DNA of 64,000 nucleotides from Eledone cirrhosa. Its lineage: Eukaryota. Every line of letters starts with the position of its first letter. The first letter of the stretch is position 1. Below the pieces are notes generated by a model. It saw only the letters and a list, made by a program, of their open reading frames with translations. It made no database searches and was not told the DNA's origin. Where the stretch lies: the NCBI GenBank assembly GCA_964016885.1, contig OZ024744.1, positions 47,368,001 to 47,432,000 of the forward strand. The letters are read 5' to 3'. A program made the translations under genes and the position numbers. Shown piece after piece: positions 55,101-64,000 of the stretch.

Positions 55101-58100
55101 TGTGGGCTGTGTGCTTGTTGCTGTGTCTTTCTCACGTCCACTTTACAGTGTGGGCTGGGTGCTTTTTGCTGTGTCTTTCACATGTCCACTTTACAGTGTG
55201 GGCTGTGTGCTTTTTTCAGTGTCTTTCACACGTCCACTTTACAGTGTGGGCTGGGTGCTTTTTGTTGTGTCTTTCTCACGTCCACTTTACAGTGTGGGCT
55301 GGGTGCTTTTTGCTGTGTCTTTCACATGTCCACTTTACAGTGTGGGCTGGGTGCTTTTTGCTGTGTCTTTCACATGTCCACTTTACAGTGTGGGCTGGGT
55401 GCTTTTTGCTGTGTCTTTCACATGTCCACTTCACAGTGTGGGCTGGGTGCTTTTTGCTGTGTCTTTCACATGTCCACTTTACAGTGTGGGCTGGGTGCTT
55501 TTTGCTGTGTCTTTCATATGTCCACTTTACAGTGTGGGCTGGGTGCTTTTTGCTGTGTCTTTCACATGTCCACTTTACAATGTGGGCTGGGTGCTTTTTG
55601 CTGTGTCTTTCACATGTCCACTTTACAATGTGGGCTGGGTGCTTTTTGCAGTGTCTTTCACACGTCCACTTTACAGTGTGGGCTGGGTGCTTTTTGCTGT
55701 GTCTTTCACATGTCCACTTTACAATGTGGGCTGGGTGCTTTTTGCTGTGTCTTTCACGTGTCCACTTTACAGTGTGGGCTGGATGCTTCTTGCAGTGTCT
55801 TTCACACGTCCACTTTACAGTGTGGGCTGGGTGCTTTTTGCTGTGTCTTTCACATGTCCACTTTATAGTGTGGGCTGGGTGCTTTTTGCAGTGTCTTTCA
55901 CACGTCCACTTTACAGTGTGGGCTGGGTGCTTTTTGCTGTGTCTTTCACATGTCCACTTTACAATGTGGGCTGGGTGCTTTTTACTGTGTCTTTCAAATG
56001 TCCACTTTACAATGTGGGCTGTGTGCTTCTTGCAGTGTCTTTCACACGTCCACTTTACAGTGTGGGCTGGGTGCTTTTTGCTGTGTCTTTCACATGTCCA
56101 CTTTACAGTGTGGGCTGGGTGCTTTTTGCTGTGTCTTTCACATGTCCACTTTACAGTGTGGGCTGGGTGCTTTTTGCTGTTTCTTTCACATGTCCATTTT
56201 ACAATGTGAGCTGGGTGCTTTTTGCTGTGTCTTTCACATGTCCACTTTACAGTGTGGGCTGGGTGCTTGTTGCTGTGTCTTTCTCACGTCCACTTTACAG
56301 TGTGGGCTGGGTGCTTTTTGCTGTTTCTTTCACATGTCCACTTTACAGTGCGGGCTAGGTGCTTTTTTCAGTGTCTTTCACACGTCCACTTTACATTGTG
56401 GGCTGGGTGCTTGTTGCTGTGTCTTTCTCACGTCCACTTTACAGTGTGAGCTGGGTGCTTTTTGCTGTGTCTTTCACATGTCCACTTTACAGTGTGGGCT
56501 GGGTGCTTTTTTCAGTGTCTTTCACATGTCCACTTTACAGTGTGGGCTGGGCGCTTTTTGCAGTGTCTTTCAAACGTCAACTTTACAGTGTGGGCTGGGT
56601 GCTTTTTACTGTGTCTTTCACATGTCCACTTTACAGTGTGGGCTGTGTGCTTGTTGCTGTGTCTTTCTCACGTCCACTTTACAGTGTGGGCTGGGTGCTT
56701 TTTGCTGTGTCTTTCACATGTCCACTTTACAGTGTGGGCTGTGTGCTTTTTTCAGTGTCTTTCACACGTCCACTTTACAGTGTGGGCTGGGTGCTTTTTG
56801 TTGTGTCTTTCTCACGTCCACTTTACAGTGTGGGCTGGGTGCTTTTTGCTGTGTCTTTCACATGTCCACTTTACAGTGTGGGCTGGGTGCTTTTTGCTGT
56901 GTCTTTCACATGTCCACTTTACAGTGTGGGCTGGGTGCTTTTTGCTGTGTCTTTCACATGTCCACTTCACAGTGTGGGCTGGGTGCTTTTTGCTGTGTCT
57001 TTCACATGTCCACTTTACAGTGTGGGCTGGGTGCTTTTTGCTGTGTCTTTCATATGTCCACTTTACAGTGTGGGCTGGGTGCTTTTTGCTGTGTCTTTCA
57101 CATGTCCACTTTACAATGTGGGCTGGGTGCTTTTTGCTGTGTCTTTCACATGTCCACTTTACAATGTGGGCTGGGTGCTTTTTGCTGTGTCTTTCACATG
57201 TCCACTTTACAGTGTGGGCTGGGTGCTTTTTGCTGTGTCTTTCACATGTCCACTTTACAGTGTGGGCTGGGTGCTTTTTGCTGTGTCTTTCACATGTCCA
57301 CTTTACAGTGCGGGCTAGGTGCTTTTTTCAGTGTCTTTCACACGTCCACTTTACATTGTGGGCTGGGTGCTTTTTGCTGTGTCTTTCATATGTCCACTTT
57401 ACAGTGTGGGCTGGGTGCTTTTTGCTGTGTCTTTCATATGTCCACTTTACAGTGTGGGCTGGGTGCTTTTTGCAGTGTCTTTCACACGTCCACTTTACAG
57501 TGTGGGCTGGGTGCTTTTTGCTGTGTCTTTCACATGTCCACTTTACAGTGTGGGCTGTGTGCTTTTTGCAGTGTCTTTCACACGTCAACTTTACAGTGTG
57601 GCCTGGGTGCTTTTTGCTGTGTCTTTCACATGTCTATTTCACAGTGTGGGCTGGGTGCTTTTTGCTGTGTCTTTCACATGTCCACTTTACAGTGTGGGCT
57701 GGGTGCTTTTTGCTGTGTCTTTCATATGTCCACTTTACAGTGTGGGCTGGGTGCTTTTTTCAGTGTCTTTCACATGTCCACTTCACGGTGTGGGCGGGGT
57801 GATTTTTGCTGTGTCTTTCACATGTCCACTTTACAATGTGGGCTCGGTGCTTTTTGCTGTATCTTTCAAATGTCCACTTTACAATGTGGGCTGGGTGCTT
57901 TTTGCTGTGTCTTTCACATGTCCACTTTACAGTGTGGGCTGGGCGCTTTTTGCAGTGTCTTTCAAACGTCAACTTTACAGTGTGGGCTGGGTGCTTTTTA
58001 CTGTGTCTTTCACATGTCCACTTTACAGTGTGGGCTGGGTGCTTTTTGTTGTGTCTTTCTCACGTCCACTTTACAGTGTGGGCTGGGTGCTTTTTGCTGT

Positions 58101-61100
58101 GTCTTTCACATGTCCACTTTACAGTGTGGGCTGGGTGCTTTTTGCTGTGTCTTTCACATGTCCACTTTACAGTGTGGGCTGGGTGCTTTTTGCTGTGTCT
58201 TTCACATGTCCACTTCACAGTGTGGGCTGGGTGCTTTTTGCTGTGTCTTTCACATGTCCACTTTACAGTGTGGGCTGGGTGCTTTTTGCTGTGTCTTTCA
58301 CATGTCCACTTTACAGTGTGGGCTGGGTGCTTTTTGCTGTGTCTTTCACATGTCCACTTCACAGTGTGGGCTGGGTGCTTTTTGCTGTGTCTTTCACATG
58401 TCCACTTTACAGTGTGGGCTGGGTGCTTTTTGCTGTGTCTTTCATATGTCCACTTTACAGTGTGGGCTGGGTGCTTTTTGCTGTGTCTTTCACATGTCCA
58501 CTTTACAATGTGGGCTGGGTGCTTTTTGCTGTGTCTTTCACATGTCCACTTTACAATGTGGGCTGGGTGCTTTTTGCTGTGTCTTTCACATGTCCACTTT
58601 ACAGTGTGGGCTGGGTGCTTTTTGCTGTGTCTTTCACATGTCCACTTTACAGTGTGGGCTGGGTGCTTTTTGCTGTGTCTTTCACATGTCCACTTTACAG
58701 TGCGGGCTAGGTGCTTTTTTCAGTGTCTTTCACACGTCCACTTTACATTGTGGGCTGGGTGCTTTTTGCTGTGTCTTTCATATGTCCACTTTACAGTGTG
58801 GGCTGGGTGCTTTTTGCTGTGTCTTTCATATGTCCACTTTACAGTGTGGGCTGGGTGCTTTTTGCAGTGTCTTTCACACGTCCACTTTACAGTGTGGGCT
58901 GGGTGCTTTTTGCTGTGTCTTTCACATGTCCACTTTACAATGTGGGCTGGGTGCTTTTTGCTGTGTCTTTCACGTGTCCACTTTACAGTGTGGGCTGGAT
59001 GCTTCTTGCAGTGTCTTTCACACGTCCACTTTACAGTGTGGGCTGGGTGCTTTTTGCTGTGTCTTTCACATGTCCACTTTATAGTGTCGGCTGGGTGCTT
59101 TTTGCAGTGTCTTTCACACGTCCACTTTACAGTGTGGGCTGGGTGCTTTTTGCTGTGTCTTTCACATGTCCACTTTACAATGTGGGCTGGGTGCTTTTTA
59201 CTGTGTCTTTCAAATGTCCACTTTGCAATGTGGGCTGTGTGCTTCTTGCAGTGTCTTTCACACGTCCACTTTACAGTGTGGGCTGGGTGCTTTTTGCTGT
59301 GTCTTTCACATGTCCACTTTACAGTGTGGGCTGGGTGCTTTTTGCTGTCTTTCACATGTCCACTTTACAGTGTGGGCTGGGTGCTTTTTGCTGTTTCCTT
59401 CACATGTCCATTTTACAATGTGAGCTGGGTGCTTTTTGCTGTGTCTTTCACATGTCCACTTTACAGTGTGGGCTGGGTGCTTGTTGCTGTGTCTTTCTCA
59501 CGTCCACTTTACAGTGTGGGCTGGGTGCTTTTTGCTGTGTCTTTCAAATGTCCACTTTACAGTGCGGGCTAGGTGCTTTTTTCAGTGTCTTTCACACGTC
59601 CACTTTACATTGTGGGCTGGGTGCTTGTTGCTGTGTCTTTCTCACGTCCACTTCACAGTGTGAGCTGGGTGCTTTTTGCTGTGTCTTTCACATGTCCACT
59701 TTACAGTGTGGGCTGGGTGCTTTTTTCAGTGTCTTTCACATGTCCACTTTACAGTGTGGGCTGGGCGCTTTTTGCAGTGTCTTTCAAACGTCAACTTTAC
59801 AGTGTGGGCTGGGTGCTTTTTACTGTGTCTTTCACATGTCCACTTTACAGTGTGGGCTGTGTGCTTGTTGCTGTGTCTTTCTCACGTCCACTTTACAGTG
59901 TGGGCTGGGTGCTTTTTGCTGTGTCTTTCACATGTCCACTTTACAGTGTGGGCTGTGTGCTTTTTTCAGTGTCTTTCACACGTCCACTTTACAGTGTGGG
60001 CTGGGTGCTTTTTGTTGTGTCTTTCTCACGTCCACTTTACAGTGTGGGCTGGGTGCTTTTTGCTGTGTCTTTCACATGTCCACTTTACAGTGTGGGCTGG
60101 GTGCTTTTTGCTGTGTCTTTCACATGTCCACTTTACAGTGTGGGCTGGGTGCTTTTTGCTGTGTCTTTCACATGTCCACTTCACAGTGTGGGCTGGGTGC
60201 TTTTTGCTGTGTCTTTCACATGTCCACTTTACAGTGTGGGCTGGGTGCTTTTTGCTGTGTCTTTCATATGTCCACTTTACAGTGTGGGCTGGGTGTTTTT
60301 GCTGTGTCTTTCACATGTCCACTTTACAATGTGGGCTGGGTGCTTTTTGCTGTGTCTTTCACATGTCCACTTTACAATGTGGGCTGGGTGCTTTTTGCTG
60401 TGTCTTTCACATGTCCACTTTACAGTGTGGGCTGGGTGCTTTTTGCTGTGTCTTTCACATGTCCACTTTACAGTGTGGGCTGGGTGCTTTTTGCTGTGTC
60501 TTTCACATGTCCACTTTACAGTGCGGGCTAGGTGCTTTTTTCAGTGTCTTTCACACGTCCACTTTACATTGTGGGCTGGGTGCTTTTTGCTGTGTCTTTC
60601 ATATGTCCACTTTACAGTGTGGGCTGGGTGCTTTTTGCTGTGTCTTTCATATGTCCACTTTACAGTGTGGGCTGGGTGCTTTTTGCAGTGTCTTTCACAC
60701 GTCCACTTTACAGTGTGGGCTGGGTGCTTTTTGCTGTGTCTTTCACATGTCCACTTTACAGTGTGGGCTGTGTGCTTTTTGCAGTGTCTTTCACACGTCA
60801 ACTTTACAGTGTGGCCTGGGTGCTTTTTGCTGTGTCTTTCACATGTCTATTTCACAGTGTGGGCTGGGTGCTTTTTGCTGTGTCTTTCACATGTCCACTT
60901 TACAGTGTGGGCTGGGTGCTTTTTGCTGTGTCTTTCATATGTCCACTTTACAGTGTGGGCTGGGTGCTTTTTTCAGTGTCTTTCACATGTCCACTTCACG
61001 GTGTGGGCGGGGTGATTTTTGCTGTGTCTTTCACATGTCCACTTTACAATGTGGGCTCGGTGCTTTTTGCTGTATCTTTCAAATATCCACTTTACAATGT

Positions 61101-61750
61101 GGGCTGGGTGCTTTTTGCTGTGTCTTTCACATGTCCACTTTACAGTGTGGGCTGGGCGCTTTTTGCAGTGTCTTTCAAACGTCAACTTTACAGTGTGGGC
61201 TGGGTGCTTTTTACTGTGTCTTTCACATGTCCACTTTACAGTGTGGGCTGGGTGCTTTTTGCTGTGTCTTTCACATGTCCACTTCACAGTGTGGGCTGGG
61301 TGCTTTTTGCTGTGTCTTTCACATGTCCACTTTACAGTGTGGGCTGGGTGCTTTTTGCTGTGTCTTTCACATGTCCACTTTAAAGTGTGGGCTGTGTGCT
61401 TTTTGCTGTGTCTTTCACATGTCCACTTTACAGTGTGGGCTGGGTGCTTTTTGCTGTGTCTTTCACATGTCCACTTTACAGTGTGGGCTGGGTGCTTTTT
61501 GCTGTGTCTTTCACATGTCCACTTTACAGTGTGGGCTGGGTGCTTTTTGCTGTGTCTTTCACATGTCCATCTTACAATGTGAGCTGGGTGCTTTTTGCTG
61601 TGTCTTTCACATGTCCACTTTACAGTGTGGGCTGGGTGCTTGTTGCTGTGTCTTTCTCACGTCCACTTTACAGTGTGGGCTGGGTGCTTTTTGCTGTGTC
61701 TTTCACATGTCCACTTTACAGTGCGGGCTAGGTGCTTTTTTCAGTGTCTT
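51800..61750. repeat. Higher-order repeat domain D: local duplications with 21-, 29-, 32- and 67-monomer offsets
   Basis: TGTATTTCTC..GGTGA ends at 52234 and 53242 (1008 bp). CAGTGTGAG ends its TGA at 54913, 56449 and 59663 (1536, 3214 bp). A GCGGGCTAG..ATTG..CATATG..CATATG block has its TAG ending at 57318, 58710 and 60531 (1392, 1821 bp). GGCTCGG occurs at about 57845 and 61058 (3213 bp). Confidence 0.85.
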
Positions 61751-64000
61751 TCACACGTCCACTTTACATTGTGGGTTGGGTGCTTGTTGCTGTGTCTTTC
61801 TCACATCCACCTTACAGTGTGGGCTGGGTGCTTTTTGCTGTGTCTTTCACATGTCCACTTTACAGTGTGGACTGGGTGCTTTTTTCAGTGTCTTTCACAT
61901 GTCCACTTTACAGTGAGGGCTGGGCGCTTTTTGCACTGTCTTTCAAACGTCAACTTTACAGTGTGGGCTGGGTGCTTTTTACTGTGTCTTTCACATGTCC
62001 ACTTTACAGTGTGGGCTGGGTGCTTCTTGCTGAGTCTTTCACATGTCCACTTTACAGTGTGGGCTGGGTGCGTTTTGCTGTGTCTTTCACATGTCCACTT
62101 TACACTGTGGGCTGGGTGCTTTTTGCTGTGTCTTTCACATATCCACTTTACAATGTGGGCTGGGTGCTTTTTGCTGAGTCTTTCACACGTGCACTTTACA
62201 GTGTGGGCTGTGTGCTTTTTGCAGTGTCTTTCAAACGTCAACTTTACAGTGTGGGCTGGGTGCTTTTTGCTGTGTCTTTCACATGTCCACTTTACAATGT
62301 GGGCTGGGTGCTTTTTGCTGTGTCTTTCACATGTCCACTTTACAGTGTGGGCTGGGTGCTTCTTGCAGTGTCTTTCACATGTCCACTTTACAGTGTGAGC
62401 TGGGTGCTTTTTGCTGTATCTTTCACATGTCCACTTTACAGTGTGGGCTGGGTGCTTTTTGCTGTGTCTTTCACATGTCCACTTAATAGTGTGGGCTGGG
62501 TGCTTTTTGCAGTGTCTTTCACACGTCCACTTTACAGTTTGGGCTGGGTGCTTTTTGCTGTGTCTTTCACATGTCCACTTTACAGTGTGGGCTGGGTGCT
62601 TTTTACTGTGTCTTTCACATGTCCACTTTACAATGTGGGCTGGGTGCTTTTTGCTGTGTCTTTCACATGTCCACTTTACAGTGTGGGCTGGGTGCTACTT
62701 GCAGTGTCTTTCACATGTCCACTTTACAGTGTGGGCTGGGTGCTTTTTGCTGTTTCTTTCACCTGTCCACTTTACAGTGTGGGCTGGGTGCTTTTTGCTA
62801 AGTCTTTCACATGTCCACTTTACAGTGTGGGCTGGGTGCTTTTTGCAGTGTCTTTCACACGTCCACTTTACAGTGTGGGCTGTGTGCTTTTTGCTGTGTC
62901 TTTCACACGTCCACTTTATAGTGTGGGCTGGGTGCTTTTTGCTGTGTCTTTCACATGTCCACTTTACAGTGTGGGCTGGGTGCTTTTTGCTGTGTCTTTC
63001 ACATGTCCACTTTACAGTGTGGGCTGGGTGATTTTTGCTGTGTCTTTCACATGTACACTTTACAGTGTGGGCTGGGTGCTTTTTGCAGTGTCTTTCACAC
63101 GTCCACTTTACAGTGTGAGCTGGGTGCTTTTTTCAGTGTCTTTCACATGTCCACTTTACAGTGTGGGCTGGGTGCTTTTTGCTGTGTCTTTCACATATCC
63201 ACTTTACAGTGTGGGCTGGGTGCTTTTTGCTGACTCTTTCACACGTCCACTTTACAGTGTGGGCTGGGTGCTTTTTGCTGTGTCTTTCACGCGTCCACTT
63301 TACAGTGTGGGCTGGGTGCTTTTTGCTGTGTCTTTCACATGTCCACTTTACAATGTGGGCTGGGTGCTTTTTGCTGTGTCTTTCACATCTCCACTTTACA
63401 GTGTGGGCTGGGTGCTTCTTGCAGTGGCTTTCACACGTCCACTTTACAGTTTGGGCTGGGTGCTTTTTGCTGTGTCTTTCACATGTCCACTTTACAGTGT
63501 GGGCTGTGTGCTTTTTGCTGTGTCTTTCACATGTCCACTTTATAGTGTGGGCTGGGTGCTTTTTGCAGTGTCTTTCACACGTCCACTCTACAGTGTGGGC
63601 TGGGTGCGTTTTGCTGTGTCTTTCACGTGTCCACTTTACAATGTGGGCTGGGTACTTTTTGCTGTGTCTTTCACATGTCCACTTTACAGTGTGGGCTGGG
63701 TGATTTTTTGCTGTGTCTTTCACATGTCCACTTTACAGTGTGGGCTGGGTGCTTTTTGCTGTGTCTTTCACATGTCCACTTTACAATGTGAGCTGGGTGC
63801 TTTTTGCTGTGTCTTTCACATGTCCACTTTACAGTGTGGGCTGGGTGCTTGTTGCTGTGTCTTTCTCACGTCCACTTTACAGTGTGGGCTGGGTGCTTTT
63901 TGCTGTGTCTTTCACATGTCCACTTTACAGTGTGGGATGGGTGCTTTTTTCAGTGTCTTTCACATGTCCACTTTACAGTGTGGGCTGGGCGCTTTTTGCA
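61750..64000. repeat. More diverged segment of the same satellite with many private variants
   Basis: Variants I did not see elsewhere in the window: GCACTG (~61933), TACACTG (~62101), GTGCAC (~62189), TTAATAG (~62483), CTACTT (~62695), ACCTGT (~62761), GCTAAG (~62797), TGACTC (~63231), CACGCG (~63288), CATCTCC (~63386), CAGTGGCT (~63422). Confidence 0.75.

Larger units (their letters stand above)
1..64000. repeat. 48-bp tandem satellite array, about 1,333 monomers, running off both window edges
   Basis: Read directly: the unit GTGCTTTTTGCTGTGTCTTTCACATGTCCACTTTACAGTGTGGGCTGG recurs every 48 bp (e.g. 49-96, 97-144). 1,333 x 48 = 63,984; adding net +4 from 13 indels and a final 12-bp partial unit gives 64,000. 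Most monomers equal the consensus or differ by 1-4 substitutions. Consensus composition is T20 G13 C10 A5 (48% GC) with no CpG. Confidence 0.99.

Noticed and set aside
645-63723. Minus-strand (KWTCERHSKKHPAHTV)n as a zinc-finger or His/Cys metal-binding protein
   Set aside because: There is one Cys per 16 aa and no C-x2-4-C..H-x3-5-H spacing or TGEKP linker. The common variants TCTCACG and TTTTCAG put TGA stops in this frame throughout.
1-64000. CRISPR array or other repeat-spacer cassette system
   Set aside because: Units abut directly with no unique spacers. Variation is scattered point substitution, and no cas, reverse transcriptase or recombinase ORF is present.
1-64000. Assignment to a named satellite family (e.g. 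primate 48-bp CER) or to a centromere or telomere
   Set aside because: A shared period and loosely recalled short motifs are not enough. No TTAGGG-type repeat or CENP-B box is visible. A Dfam/Repbase/BLASTN search of the consensus and CENP-A ChIP data would be needed.
1-64000. Whole array as a sequencing or assembly artefact
   Set aside because: Consistent multi-site monomer subtypes, hierarchically shared variants and copy-specific differences fit real evolution. Individual near-identical duplications and singleton indels still need read support.
1-64000. Embedded transposon, inversion or unique island
   Set aside because: The 48-bp register is accounted for end to end (net +4 bp from indels) and I saw no reverse-orientation monomers.

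Overview
The whole 64,000-bp window is one head-to-tail tandem array (satellite or very large minisatellite) of a 48-bp monomer, consensus GTGCTTTTTGCTGTGTCTTTCACATGTCCACTTTACAGTGTGGGCTGG. In the register starting at position 1 it holds 1,333 full monomers plus 12 bp, all in one orientation. I found 13 small indels and no unique sequence. I see no gene, RNA gene, CRISPR array or mobile-element ORF. The ORF track is an artefact of a unit length divisible by 3 whose consensus has no stop codon in 4 of 6 frames. The real information is in the pattern of monomer variants: nested higher-order repeats (offsets of 9, 14, 21, 29, 31, 32, 40, 49, 67, 68, 71, 110 and 129 monomers), duplicated indels, a long-range patch, a layered arrangement of older and younger copies, and a more diverged right end. 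The most unusual motif-level observation is that each monomer carries a heptamer/nonamer pair on the minus strand resembling a V(D)J recombination signal, with a 22- or 24-nt spacer. That is speculative. I cannot support a new protein-coding system, and I cannot identify the host organism beyond a likely eukaryote.
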